DNA of 47,120 nucleotides from a virus, in UHGV virus genome UHGV-0008871. One strand, given 5' to 3'. Within the stretch, counting starts at the first letter, position 1. Every line of letters starts with the position of its first letter. The position numbers and the translations under genes are program-made. Shown piece after piece: positions 9,080 through 17,923 of this stretch. The notes below the pieces were generated by a model. The model saw only the letters and a program-made list of their open reading frames with translations, had not been told where the DNA came from and ran no database searches.

Positions 9080-9138
9080 AATACAACGCGCATCAGTTGG
9101 TGCGTATAACTTCTTATTTGTTAAGGAAATACTTACAT

Positions 9139-9417
9139 ATGCAACTTACAAGTACTCGCAAGAAAGCGAATGCAATCACAAGCAACATCCTGAATCGAAT
9201 TGCTGTACGTGGTCAGCGAAAGGTTGCTGATGCATTAGGGATTAATGAATCGCAAATTTCGCGATGGAAAGACAGCTTTATCCCAAAGATGGCCATGCTT
9301 CTGGCTGTGCTGGAGTGGGGTGTTGAAGACGAGGAATTAGCAAAGCTAGCAAAGAAAGTAGCCATGGTGCTGACAAAAGAAAAGCCTCAAGACTGCTGCA
9401 ACAGTTTTGAGGCCTGA
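9139..9417 (+). CDS. cII: cII-type transcription activator (P22 C1-like), 92 aa
   Basis: MQLTSTRKKANAITSNILNRIAVRGQRKVADALGINESQISRWK…; start at the internal Met of the track ORF. Confidence 0.8.
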   Translation: MQLTSTRKKANAITSNILNRIAVRGQRKVADALGINESQISRWKDSFIPKMAMLLAVLEWGVEDEELAKLAKKVAMVLTKEKPQDCCNSFEA

Positions 9418-9451
9418 TGTAGAAAGACTGGATCAATCCACAGGAGTCATT

Positions 9452-10351
9452 ATGACAAATACAGCAAAAATACTCAACTTCGGCAGAGGTAACTTTACCG
9501 GACAGGAGCGTAATGTGGCAGATCTCGATGATGGTTACGCCAGACTATCAAATATGCTGCTTGAGGCTTATTCAGGCGCAGATCTGACCAAGCGACAGTT
9601 TAAAGTGCTGCTTGCCATTCTGCGTAAAACCTATGGGTGGAATAAACCAATGGACAGAATCACCGATTCTCAACTTAGCGAGATTACAAAGTTACCTGTC
9701 AAACGGTGCAATGAAGCCAAGTTAGAACTCGTCAGAATGAATATTATCAAGCAGCAAGGCGGCATGTTTGGACCAAATAAAAACATCTCAGAATGGTGCA
9801 TCCCTCAAAACGAGGGAAAATCCCCTAAAACGAGGGATAAAACATCCCTCAAATTGGGGGATTGCTATCCCTCAAAACAGGGGGACACAAAAGACACTAT
9901 TACAAAAGAAAAAAGAAAAGATTATTCGTCAGAGAATTCTGGCGAATCCTCTGACCAGCCAGAAAACGACCTTTCTGTGGTGAAACCGGATGCTGCAATT
10001 CAGAGCGGCAGCAAGTGGGGGACAGCAGAAGACCTGACCGCCGCAGAGTGGATGTTTGACATGGTGAAGACTATCGCACCATCAGCCAGAAAACCGAATT
10101 TTGCTGGGTGGGCTAACGATATCCGCCTGATGCGTGAACGTGACGGACGTAACCACCGCGATATGTGTGTGCTGTTCCGCTGGGCATGCCAGGACAACTT
10201 CTGGTCCGGTAACGTGCTGAGCCCGGCCAAACTCCGCGATAAGTGGACCCAACTCGAAATCAACCGTAACAAGCAACAGGCAGGCGTGACAGCCAGCAAA
10301 CCAAAACTCGACCTGACAAACACAGACTGGATTTACGGGGTGGATCTATGA
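9452..10351 (+). CDS. O: Lambda O replication initiator (299 aa)
   Basis: MTNTAKILNFGRGNF… with RBS aggag upstream; the iteron array lies inside the ORF. Confidence 0.9.
   Translation: MTNTAKILNFGRGNFTGQERNVADLDDGYARLSNMLLEAYSGADLTKRQFKVLLAILRKTYGWNKPMDRITDSQLSEITKLPVKRCNEAKLELVRMNIIKQQGGMFGPNKNISEWCIPQNEGKSPKTRDKTSLKLGDCYPSKQGDTKDTITKEKRKDYSSENSGESSDQPENDLSVVKPDAAIQSGSKWGTAEDLTAAEWMFDMVKTIAPSARKPNFAGWANDIRLMRERDGRNHRDMCVLFRWACQDNFWSGNVLSPAKLRDKWTQLEINRNKQQAGVTASKPKLDLTNTDWIYGVDL
9799..9925. repeat. Lambda-type origin: four ~19-bp iterons (tccctcaaaacgaggga-like) plus flanking AT-rich tract, inside O
   Basis: Four iteron copies read directly, followed by acacaaaagacactattacaaaagaaaaaagaaaag. 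Confidence 0.85.
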
Positions 10352-11049
10352 AAAACATCGCCGCACAGATGGTTAACTTTGACCGTGAGCAGATGCGTCG
10401 GATCGCCAACAACATGCCGGAACAGTACGACGAAAAGCCGCAGGTACAGCAGGTAGCGCAGATCATCAACGGTGTGTTCAGCCAGTTACTGGCAACTTTC
10501 CCGGCGAGCCTGGCTAACCGTGACCAGAACGAAGTGAACGAAATCCGTCGCCAGTGGGTTCTGGCTTTTCGGGAAAACGGGATCACCACGATGGAACAGG
10601 TTAACGCAGGAATGCGCGTAGCCCGTCGGCAGAATCGACCATTTCTGCCATCACCCGGGCAGTTTGTTGCATGGTGCCGGGAAGAAGCATCCGTTACCGC
10701 CGGACTGCCAAACGTCAGCGAGCTGGTTGATATGGTTTACGAGTATTGCCGGAAGCGAGGCCTGTATCCGGATGCGGAGTCTTATCCGTGGAAATCAAAC
10801 GCGCACTACTGGCTGGTTACCAACCTGTATCAGAACATGCGAGCCAATGCGCTTACTGATGCGGAATTACGCCGTAAGGCCGCAGATGAGCTTGTCCATA
10901 TGACTGCGAGAATTAACCGTGGTGAGGCGATCCCTGAACCAGTAAAACAACTTCCTGTCATGGGCGGTAGACCTCTAAATCGTGCACAGGCTCTGGCGAA
11001 GATCGCAGAAATCAAAGCTAAGTTCGGACTGAAAGGAGCAAGTGTATGA
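10348..11049 (+). CDS. P: Lambda P (DnaB helicase loader), 233 aa
   Basis: MKNIAAQMVNFDREQMRRIANNMPEQYDEKPQVQQVAQIINGVFSQLLATFPASLANRDQNEVNEIRRQW… matches recalled lambda P. Confidence 0.95.
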   Translation: MKNIAAQMVNFDREQMRRIANNMPEQYDEKPQVQQVAQIINGVFSQLLATFPASLANRDQNEVNEIRRQWVLAFRENGITTMEQVNAGMRVARRQNRPFLPSPGQFVAWCREEASVTAGLPNVSELVDMVYEYCRKRGLYPDAESYPWKSNAHYWLVTNLYQNMRANALTDAELRRKAADELVHMTARINRGEAIPEPVKQLPVMGGRPLNRAQALAKIAEIKAKFGLKGASV

Positions 11050-11336
11050 CGGGCAAAGAGGCAATTATTCATTACCTGGGGACGCATAATAGCTTCTGTG
11101 CGCCGGACGTTGCCGCGCTAACAGGCGCAACAGTAACCAGCATAAATCAGGCCGCGGCTAAAATGGCACGGGCAGGTCTTCTGGTTATCGAAGGTAAGGT
11201 CTGGCGAACGGTGTATTACCGGTTTGCTACCAGGGAAGAACGGGAAGGAAAGATGAGCACGAACCTGATTTTTAAGGAGTGTCGCCAGAGTGCCGCGATG
11301 AAACGGGTATTGGCGGTATATGGAGTTAAAAGATGA
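11046..11336 (+). CDS. ren: Lambda Ren (96 aa)
   Basis: MTGKEAIIHYLGTHNSFCAPDVAALTGATVTSINQAAAKMARAGLLVIEGKVWRTVYYRFATREE… matches recalled lambda Ren. Confidence 0.9.
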   Translation: MTGKEAIIHYLGTHNSFCAPDVAALTGATVTSINQAAAKMARAGLLVIEGKVWRTVYYRFATREEREGKMSTNLIFKECRQSAAMKRVLAVYGVKR

Positions 11337-11361
11337 CCATCTACATTACTGAGCTAATAAC

Positions 11362-11394
11362 AGGCCTGCTGGTAATCGCAGGCCTTTTTATTTG
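11362..11394 (+). terminator. Rho-independent terminator (tR2-like) between ren and ninB
   Basis: Perfect 8-bp stem aggcctgc/gcaggcct, 8-nt loop, followed by ttttta ttt. Confidence 0.8.
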
Positions 11395-11409
11395 GGGGAG
11401 AGGGAAGTC

Positions 11410-11850
11410 ATGAAAAAACTAACCTTTGAAATTCGATCTCCAGCACATCAGCAAAACGCTATTCACGCGGTACAGCAAATTCTTCCAGACCCAACCAAAC
11501 CAATCGTAGTAACCATTCAGGAACGCAACCGCAGCTTAGACCAGAATCGAAAGCTTTGGGCTTGCCTTGGTGACGTCTCTCGTCAGGTTGAATGGCATGG
11601 TCGCTGGCTGGATGCAGAAAGCTGGAAGTGTGTGTTTACCGCAGCATTAAAGCAGCAGGATGTTGTTCCTAACCTTGCCGGGAATGGCTTTGTGGTAATA
11701 GGCCAGTCAACCAGCAGGATGCGTGTAGGCGAATTTGCGGAGCTATTAGAGCTTATACAGGCATTCGGTACAGAACGTGGCGTTAAGTGGTCAGACGAAG
11801 CGCGACTGGCTCTCGAATGGAAAGCGCGATGGGGAGATCGGGCTGCATGA
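11410..11850 (+). CDS. ninB: NinB (Orf-family recombination protein), 146 aa
   Basis: MKKLTFEIRSPAHQQNAIHAVQQILPDPTKPIVVTIQERNRSLDQNRKLWACLGDVSRQVEW…; start at the internal Met of the track ORF. Confidence 0.9.
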   Translation: MKKLTFEIRSPAHQQNAIHAVQQILPDPTKPIVVTIQERNRSLDQNRKLWACLGDVSRQVEWHGRWLDAESWKCVFTAALKQQDVVPNLAGNGFVVIGQSTSRMRVGEFAELLELIQAFGTERGVKWSDEARLALEWKARWGDRAA

Positions 11851-12374
11851 CTATCAAATCAAATACGCCAGCACACGACAAGGACTGCTGGCAAACGCCG
11901 CTTTGGCTTTTTGATGCACTGGATATTGAGTTTGGATTCTGGCTGGATTCGGCAGCGAGCGACAAAAATGCTCTGTGTGCTCACTGGCTAACTGAGGCCG
12001 ACGACGCGCTCAATTCTGAGTGGGTAAGCCACGGTGCAATCTGGAATAACCCACCGTACAGCAATATCAGGCCGTGGGTGGAAAAAGCCGCTGAGCAGTG
12101 CATACAACAGCGACAGACGGTAGTTATGCTTGTGCCAGAGGATATGTCAGTCGGATGGTTCAGCAAGGCTCTGGAGAGTGTCGACGAAGTTCGCATTATC
12201 ACTGATGGACGGATTAATTTTATCGAACCATCGACAGGGCTGGAGAAGAAGGGAAACAGCAAAGGCTCCATGCTGCTGATTTGGCGACCGTTCATCAGTC
12301 CTCGACGGATGTTTACTACCGTATCCAAAGCGGCATTGATGGCGATCGGGCAGGGCGTCAGGAGGGCGGCATGA
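11847..12374 (+). CDS. Phage N6-adenine DNA methyltransferase, orphan (no partner restriction gene nearby), 175 aa
   Basis: NPPY catalytic motif ([10 protein letters not shown]); ATGA overlap with the ninB stop; occupies the lambda ninC/ninD position. Confidence 0.8.
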   Translation: MTIKSNTPAHDKDCWQTPLWLFDALDIEFGFWLDSAASDKNALCAHWLTEADDALNSEWVSHGAIWNNPPYSNIRPWVEKAAEQCIQQRQTVVMLVPEDMSVGWFSKALESVDEVRIITDGRINFIEPSTGLEKKGNSKGSMLLIWRPFISPRRMFTTVSKAALMAIGQGVRRAA

Positions 12375-12547
12375 GGCGACAGCGACGAAGTTTCACCGAC
12401 ATCATCTGCGAAAACTGCAAATACCTTCCAACGAAACGCTCCAGAAATAAACGCAAGCCAATCCCAAAAGAATCTGACGTAAAAACCTTCAACTACACGG
12501 CTCACCTGTGGGATATCCGGTGGCTAAGACATCGTGCGAGGAAATGA
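12371..12547 (+). CDS. ninE: NinE (58 aa)
   Basis: [58 protein letters not shown]; ATGA overlap with the methyltransferase stop. Confidence 0.85.
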   Translation: MRRQRRSFTDIICENCKYLPTKRSRNKRKPIPKESDVKTFNYTAHLWDIRWLRHRARK

Positions 12548-12951
12548 CAATGCTTTTAATTCAACCAGGATTTGGCCTTAGCATCAAAAAAGGGCACATG
12601 TTTGGCGAGAAAGAATCTCAACGAAAAATGGTGTCGATACAGTTGCCATTTATCAGTATTTATTGGCTAAACAGGGAGGCAACAAATTATTGGTATACAT
12701 GCGCCAGAGCAGCATTTAACGACCCTGACTGGTTTGTGAAAAACCACCACGCAGTTCGTCAGGCAAAGAGAAAGGCCAATACGACATACATGAAGGCGTA
12801 TCGAAAAGCATGGAAAGAACACCGCGATCGATACCAGCAAGATATGGAAAAGCTTGAATCAGAAAACATGGAATTAAGACGAAAGCTTGGTGAAGCAAAA
12901 CGAGACATTGATGCTTACAAGCGACTTTTTAATGGTGAAAGCCATGCTTAG
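12544..12951 (+). CDS. Hypothetical nin-region protein with basic coiled-coil C-terminus (135 aa)
   Basis: Translationally coupled on both sides (ATGA overlap with ninE; overlaps the ninF start); lower-GC 5' part; no family recognised. Confidence 0.5.
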   Translation: MTMLLIQPGFGLSIKKGHMFGEKESQRKMVSIQLPFISIYWLNREATNYWYTCARAAFNDPDWFVKNHHAVRQAKRKANTTYMKAYRKAWKEHRDRYQQDMEKLESENMELRRKLGEAKRDIDAYKRLFNGESHA

Positions 12952-13129
12952 TCCATCCCAATCTCTTCAATACCAGAAAGAAAGCGTCGAGCGGGCTTTA
13001 ACGTGCGCTAACTGCGGTCAGAAGCTGCATGTGCTGGAAGTTCACGTGTGTGAGCGTTGTATATATGAATGCTTAAATATGGTGGAACATAATGAGAAAT
13101 ATAAGCAACATAGACGAATTAAGAAATAA
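12944..13129 (+). pseudogene. ninF: ninF disrupted: first 37 codons of NinF fused to a foreign AT-rich C-terminal tail
   Basis: [37 protein letters not shown] matches recalled lambda NinF, then diverges; the missing NinF C-terminus (…[19 protein letters not shown]) is encoded at 13597-13659 in another frame. Confidence 0.6.
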
Positions 13130-13598
13130 ATTATCATATGATGATGTTTTAGGTGTACTTAGATGGAAAGTGTCTCCTTCTAATAATGTTAAGGTTGGCA
13201 GTGTTGCTGGTTACATTAGGAGTGATGGTTATAGGATGTTAACTATCGATGGTGTAATTACTTATGCTCACCACGTTATATGGATGATAAATAATGGTGA
13301 GATTCCATTAGGGTATAAAATTGATCATATAAATGGAGTAAGGTCAGATAATAGGCTATCTAATCTTCGATTGGTTACACACCAACAGAATGCACAGAAC
13401 CAAAAGAGAAAAATAACCAATTCGTCAGGAGTGACTGGAGTATATTTCAATAAAGAGAGATGTAAGTGGATTGCGAATATATGCGTAGATGGGCGCACCA
13501 AATATCTTGGAATATTTGCTAGCATCATTGACGCTATTGCAGAAAGGAAGAGGGCAGAAAAAGAACTGGGTTTTCATGAAAACCATGGTAGACCATAA
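13092..13598 (+). CDS. HNH-family endonuclease, homing-endonuclease-like (168 aa)
   Basis: HNH motif IDHINGVRSDNRLSNLRLVTHQQN; markedly AT-rich relative to neighbours; sits inside ninF. Confidence 0.75.
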   Translation: MRNISNIDELRNKLSYDDVLGVLRWKVSPSNNVKVGSVAGYIRSDGYRMLTIDGVITYAHHVIWMINNGEIPLGYKIDHINGVRSDNRLSNLRLVTHQQNAQNQKRKITNSSGVTGVYFNKERCKWIANICVDGRTKYLGIFASIIDAIAERKRAEKELGFHENHGRP

Positions 13599-13651
13599 CT
13601 GCGCAGAACTGATGAGCGATCCGAATAGCTCAATGTACGAGGAAGAAGACG

Positions 13652-14263
13652 ATGGCTAAACCAGCGCGAAGACGATGTAAAAACGATGAATGTCGGGAAT
13701 GGTTTCACCCTGCATTCGCTAATCAGTGGTGGTGCTCTCCAGAGTGTGGAACCAAGATAGCACTCGAACGACGAAGTAAAGAACGCGAAAAAGCGGAAAA
13801 AGCAGCAGAGAAGAAACGACGACGAGAGGATCAGAAACAGAAAGATAAACTTAAGATTCGAAAACTCGCCTTAAAGCCCCGCAGTTACTGGATTAAACAA
13901 GCCCAACAAGCCGTAAACGCCTTCATCAGAGAAAGAGACCGCGACTTACCATGTATCTCGTGCGGAACGCTCACGTCTGCTCAGTGGGATGCCGGGCATT
14001 ACCGGACAACTGCTGCGGCACCTCAACTCCGATTTGATGAACGCAATATTCACAAGCAATGCGTGGTGTGCAACCAGCACAAAAGCGGAAATCTCGTTCC
14101 GTATCGCGTCGAACTGATTAACCGCATCGGGCAGGAAGCAGTAGACGAAATCGAATCAAACCATAACCGCCATCGCTGGACTGTCGAAGAGTGCAGGACC
14201 ATCAAGGCGGAGTATCAACAGAAACTTAAAAAACTGCGAAACAGCAGAAGTGAGGCTGCATGA
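13652..14263 (+). CDS. ninG: NinG (Rap-family recombination endonuclease), 203 aa
   Basis: [59 protein letters not shown]… matches recalled lambda NinG. Confidence 0.9.
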   Translation: MAKPARRRCKNDECREWFHPAFANQWWCSPECGTKIALERRSKEREKAEKAAEKKRRREDQKQKDKLKIRKLALKPRSYWIKQAQQAVNAFIRERDRDLPCISCGTLTSAQWDAGHYRTTAAAPQLRFDERNIHKQCVVCNQHKSGNLVPYRVELINRIGQEAVDEIESNHNRHRWTVEECRTIKAEYQQKLKKLRNSRSEAA

Positions 14264-14931
14264 ATATCTACGAAAGAATTGATGGCAGCAAATACCGAAA
14301 TATTTGGGTAGTTGGCGATCTGCACGGATGCTACACGAACCTGATGAACAAACTGGATACGATTGGATTCGACAACAAAAAAGACCTGCTTATCTCGGTG
14401 GGCGATTTGGTTGATCGCGGTGCAGAGAACGTTGAATGCCTGGAATTAATCACATTCCCCTGGTTCAGAGCTGTACGTGGAAACCATGAGCACATGATGA
14501 TTGATGGCTTATCAGAGCGTGGAAACGTCAATCACTGGCTGCTTAATGGCGGTGTCTGGTTCTTTAATCTCGATTACGACAAAGAAATTCTGGCTAAAGC
14601 TCTTGCCCATAAAGCAGATGAACTTCCGTTAATCATCGAACTGGTGAGCAAAGGTAAAAAATATGTCATTTGCCACGCCGATTATCCTTGTGATGAATAC
14701 GAGTTTGGAAAGCCAGTTGATCATCAGCAGGTAATCTGGAACCGCGAACGAATCGGCAACTCACAAGACGGGATCGTGAAAGAAATCAAAGGCGCGGACA
14801 CGTTCATCTTTGGTCATACGCCAGCAGTGAAACCACTCAAATTTGCCAACCAGATGTATATCGATACCGGCGCAGTGTTCTGCGGAAACCTCACATTGAT
14901 TCAGGTACAGGGAGAAGGCGCGTGGGCATAA
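14260..14931 (+). CDS. ninI: NinI Ser/Thr protein phosphatase (lambda PPase-like), 223 aa
   Basis: Metallophosphatase motifs GDLHG, GDLVDRG, GNHE; no ninH between ninG and ninI. Confidence 0.85.
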   Translation: MNIYERIDGSKYRNIWVVGDLHGCYTNLMNKLDTIGFDNKKDLLISVGDLVDRGAENVECLELITFPWFRAVRGNHEHMMIDGLSERGNVNHWLLNGGVWFFNLDYDKEILAKALAHKADELPLIIELVSKGKKYVICHADYPCDEYEFGKPVDHQQVIWNRERIGNSQDGIVKEIKGADTFIFGHTPAVKPLKFANQMYIDTGAVFCGNLTLIQVQGEGAWA

Positions 14932-15440
14932 GAGAACTAAACCTCACCAAAGAACAGCATGAGTGGCTGAATGGCTGGCTTGAACTGTGGGGCGCATGGG
15001 TTTATTCAGGTCGTCTGGAAAAGCGCATGAGCAGCGTAATAGCGAAGTTCATGGAGAGCGTAGAGCCGGGAAGAGTTATGACAAGGCCAATGTGTAATGA
15101 TGATGATGGAATGTTGATTTCTCAGGTCGTCGATTCCGTCATGTACATTGACAAGAAAGCCTTTGGCATCCTCCTAAGCTACTACGCTCATGGTTCATCT
15201 AAGCGAGCAATTGCATCCTACTATCACGCGACTGCAAAGCCACGCAAGATGTGTGGACGTGGTGGAGAGGGATGGAGAAAACCTTCACTGGCAACCTGTA
15301 GAAACGAAATTGACGACATCCTGAAAGCGTCATTATTTGTTTTATACCAGCCAATGCAAAATGCTTTTAAAATGCGTAAACGTGTTGAGAAAGTTAAGCA
15401 TGTTGCTGTTAAAAGCCTTGACATGCAATTATCCATTTAG
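14922..15440 (+). CDS. Putative late-gene antiterminator Q, non-lambda type (172 aa)
   Basis: Last gene before the late-operon leader and lysis cassette; not lambda Q in sequence; called by position only. Confidence 0.45.
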   Translation: MGIRELNLTKEQHEWLNGWLELWGAWVYSGRLEKRMSSVIAKFMESVEPGRVMTRPMCNDDDGMLISQVVDSVMYIDKKAFGILLSYYAHGSSKRAIASYYHATAKPRKMCGRGGEGWRKPSLATCRNEIDDILKASLFVLYQPMQNAFKMRKRVEKVKHVAVKSLDMQLSI

Positions 15441-15502
15441 CCATAATTAGAAGGTAAGCTGCCATTAGTGACTCTTAAGTTGCAACGGTGGCTTTTTTAT
15501 TT

Positions 15503-15577
15503 GGGTCAGTCGTATAAAGGTCATTACGGAAGGCTGTTAACCTTCTTATCGTGGTTCGAGTCCACGCTGTCCCGCCA
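15503..15577 (+). tRNA. Phage-encoded tRNA, anticodon GUU (Asn) by manual fold; slightly non-canonical
   Basis: Hand-folded cloverleaf: acceptor gggtcag/ctgtccc (one mismatch), anticodon stem gaagg/ccttc, loop ctGTTaa, T-arm cgtgg-ttcgagt-ccacg, CCA encoded; D-stem only 3 bp. Confidence 0.5.
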
Positions 15578-15582
15578 AACAT

Positions 15583-15658
15583 GCTGTTTTAGCTCCAATG
15601 GTAGAGCGGTCGCCTTGTAAGCGAATGGGTAGCGGTTCAAGTCCGTTAAACAGCACCA
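15583..15658 (+). tRNA. Phage-encoded tRNA, anticodon UGU (Thr) by manual fold
   Basis: Perfect 7-bp acceptor gctgttt/aaacagc, D-stem gctc/gagc, anticodon loop ctTGTaa, T-loop ttcaagt, CCA encoded. Confidence 0.65.
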
Positions 15659-15745
15659 TAACTGAGCCGTAGCCACTGGCTATCCTGAATTCATCAGTGA
15701 TAGTTACGCTGCGGCCTTCTACACATGATCTTCGTGAAAGCGGGT

Positions 15746-15781
15746 GGCAGGAGGTCGCGCTAACAACCTCCTGCCGTTTTG
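15746..15781 (+). terminator. Rho-independent terminator (tR'-like) in the late-operon leader
   Basis: 10-bp stem ggcaggaggt/acctcctgcc, 10-nt loop, followed by gtttt. Confidence 0.75.
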
Positions 15782-15900
15782 CCCGTGCATACCGATCACG
15801 AACAAATCTGATTACTAAACACAGTAGCCTGGATTTGTTCTATCAGTAATCGACCTTATTCCTAATTAAATAGAGCAAATCCCCTTATTGGGGCTAAGAC

Positions 15901-16224
15901 ATGAAGATGCCAGAAAAACATGACCTGTTAGCCGCCATTCTCGCGGCAAAGGAACAAGGCATCGGGGCAATCCTTGCGTTTGCAATGGCGTACCTTCGCG
16001 GCAGATATAATGGCGGTGCGTTTACAAAAACAGTAATCGACGCAACGATGTGCGCCATTATCGCCTGGTTCATTCGTGACCTTCTCGACTTCGCCGGACT
16101 AAGTAGCAATCTCGCTTATATAACGAGCGTGTTCATCGGCTACATCGGTACTGACTCGATTGGTTCGCTTATCAAACGCTTCGCTGCTAAAAAAGCCGGA
16201 GTAGAAGATGGTGGAAATCAATAA
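15901..16224 (+). CDS. S: Lambda S holin/antiholin (S107 with dual-start Met1-Lys2-Met3)
   Basis: [67 protein letters not shown]… matches recalled lambda S; upstream hairpin ccccttattgggg at 15881-15893. Confidence 0.95.
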   Translation: MKMPEKHDLLAAILAAKEQGIGAILAFAMAYLRGRYNGGAFTKTVIDATMCAIIAWFIRDLLDFAGLSSNLAYITSVFIGYIGTDSIGSLIKRFAAKKAGVEDGGNQ

Positions 16225-16684
16225 TCAACGTAAGGCGTTCCTCGATATGCTGGCGTGGTCAGAGGGAACTGATAACGGACGGCAGAAAACCAGAAATCAT
16301 GGTTATGACGTCATTGTTGGCGGAGAGCTATTCACTGATTACTCCGATCACCCTCGCAAACTTGTCACGCTAAACCCCAAACTCAAATCAACAGCCGCCG
16401 GACGCTACCAGCTTCTTTCCCGTTGGTGGGATGCCTACCGCAAGCAGCTTGGCCTGAAAGACTTCTCTCCGAAAAGCCAGGACGCTGTGGCACTGCAACA
16501 GATTAAAGAGCGTGGCGCTTTACCGATGATTGATCGCGGTGATATTCGTCAGGCTATCGACCGTTGCAGCAATATCTGGGCTTCACTGCCGGGGGCTGGT
16601 TATGGTCAGTTCGAGCATAAGGCTGACAGCCTGATTGCAAAATTCAAAGAAGCTGGCGGAACGGTCAGAGAGATTGAGGTATGA
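16208..16684 (+). CDS. R: Lambda R endolysin (lytic transglycosylase), 158 aa
   Basis: [51 protein letters not shown]… matches recalled lambda R. Confidence 0.95.
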   Translation: MVEINNQRKAFLDMLAWSEGTDNGRQKTRNHGYDVIVGGELFTDYSDHPRKLVTLNPKLKSTAAGRYQLLSRWWDAYRKQLGLKDFSPKSQDAVALQQIKERGALPMIDRGDIRQAIDRCSNIWASLPGAGYGQFEHKADSLIAKFKEAGGTVREIEV

Positions 16685-17139
16685 GCAGAGTAACCGCGAT
16701 TATCTCCGCTCTGGTTATCTGCATCATCGTCTGCCTGTCATGGGCTGTTAATCATTACCGTGATAACGCAATCGCCTACAAAGAGCAGCGCGATAACAAG
16801 GCCAGTGAACTGGAGAAGGCGAACGCCACCATCGCTGACATGCGGAAGCGTCAACGTGATGTAGCAGAACTCGACACAAGATACACAAAGGAGCTTGCTG
16901 ATGCTAACGCGACTATCGAAAGTCTCCGTGCTGATGTTTCTGCTGGGCGTAAGCGCCTGCAAGTCGCCACCACCTGTGCAAAGTCAACGACCGGAGCCGG
17001 CGGCATGGGCGATGGAGAAAGTCCAGGACTTACAGCAGATGCTGAACTCAATTATTACCGTCTCCGAAGTGGAATCGACAAGATAACCGCACAGGTCAAC
17101 TACCTGCAGGAATACATCAGGGCGCAATGCCTGAAATAA
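16681..17139 (+). CDS. Rz: Rz inner-membrane spanin subunit (152 aa)
   Basis: N-terminal TM segment ([18 protein letters not shown]) plus coiled-coil; lambda Rz-like. Confidence 0.9.
   Translation: MSRVTAIISALVICIIVCLSWAVNHYRDNAIAYKEQRDNKASELEKANATIADMRKRQRDVAELDTRYTKELADANATIESLRADVSAGRKRLQVATTCAKSTTGAGGMGDGESPGLTADAELNYYRLRSGIDKITAQVNYLQEYIRAQCLK
16895..17086 (+). CDS. Rz1: Rz1 outer-membrane lipoprotein spanin, embedded in the +1 frame of Rz (start uncertain)
   Basis: Lipobox LLGVSAC followed by a Pro-rich mature region ([13 protein letters not shown]), fully inside Rz. Confidence 0.75.
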   Translation: MLMLTRLSKVSVLMFLLGVSACKSPPPVQSQRPEPAAWAMEKVQDLQQMLNSIITVSEVESTR

Positions 17140-17170
17140 TTTTTTTGCAAATCACAAAGTCCATTTAATG

Positions 17171-17196
17171 AGCCTCGCGATGCGGGGCTTTTTTAT
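17171..17196 (+). terminator. Rho-independent terminator after the lysis cassette
   Basis: Hairpin agcctcgc-gat-gcggggct followed by tttttt. Confidence 0.6.
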
Positions 17197-17337
17197 GTCC
17201 GCAGTAAATGCGCATCTCACGCGCATATTCACGAGAGCCTTTCAGTAAGCGAGCCTGAGAAATGCCGTTATAGGTGGCGACCTCTCTCGGGCGGCTTTTC
17301 TGTGAGACAGGCTCACTTTCTAAAAGGTAAAGACGCT

Positions 17338-17862
17338 ATGAATAATCATTCAGTTATTCCAGCCTTCGACTTCCGAGAAATGGTGCAAGCCAAAAACGGA
17401 GAGGTCGTTACCACATCCAGAAAAATTGCCAAGTACTTCGGCAAGCGACACGGTGATGTTCTCAGGAAAATCGAGCAGGTTAAGGCTGATTGCTCGCGTG
17501 AGTTTAGCCAACGCAATTTTGCGTCGGCTGATTATATCGATGAGCAGGGCAAGGTTCGCCCGATGTACAGCCTGACGAAAGATGGCTGGATCATGGTTGT
17601 GATGGGGTTCACCGGGAAAGCTGCTGCGGCAATCAAGGAGAGCTATATCGCAGCATTCAACTGGATGGCAGAACAACTGAGCCGCCGCATGGCAATTGGC
17701 GAAGAAATGCAGCACCGCTACGCCATCAAAGAAACACGCTCAAAGCTGAAAGGTACGATCGGCAGTCGGTTAATGAACGAACGGAAGAAAGAGAAGCGTG
17801 TCCTGGCTGTCGAGCATGAATACATCTTGCAGGTGACACAGCCTGAACTGCTGATTAATTGA
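17338..17862 (+). CDS. rha: Rha-family phage regulatory protein (174 aa from Met at 17338)
   Basis: N-terminal VTTSRKIAKYFGKRHGDVLRKIEQ is characteristic of the Rha family. Confidence 0.7.
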   Translation: MNNHSVIPAFDFREMVQAKNGEVVTTSRKIAKYFGKRHGDVLRKIEQVKADCSREFSQRNFASADYIDEQGKVRPMYSLTKDGWIMVVMGFTGKAAAAIKESYIAAFNWMAEQLSRRMAIGEEMQHRYAIKETRSKLKGTIGSRLMNERKKEKRVLAVEHEYILQVTQPELLIN

Positions 17863-17923
17863 AGATGTCATTACAAAGCCTATCTACGGGTGGGCTTGAT
17901 AATGTCACTACGAGGTAAGGACT

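Noticed and set aside
9799-9885. Regularly spaced ~19-bp repeats that could look like a short CRISPR-like array
   Set aside because: They lie inside the O gene and match the lambda ori iteron consensus; there are only four copies with no spacer structure.
11981-12505. 174-aa minus-strand ORF across the methyltransferase and ninE genes
   Set aside because: Antisense to two translationally coupled nin genes with recognisable products; shadow ORF.
13057-13598. Possibility that the HNH insert in ninF is an intein or a self-splicing group I intron
   Set aside because: The downstream ninF remnant is in a different reading frame, ruling out an intein. Only ~35 bp of non-coding sequence flank the HNH ORF, which is too little for a group I ribozyme core. 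Splicing was not tested.
15481-15500. Possible terminator hairpin just upstream of the first tRNA
   Set aside because: The stem is only 4 bp plus a wobble pair with a ~22-nt loop; too weak to call.
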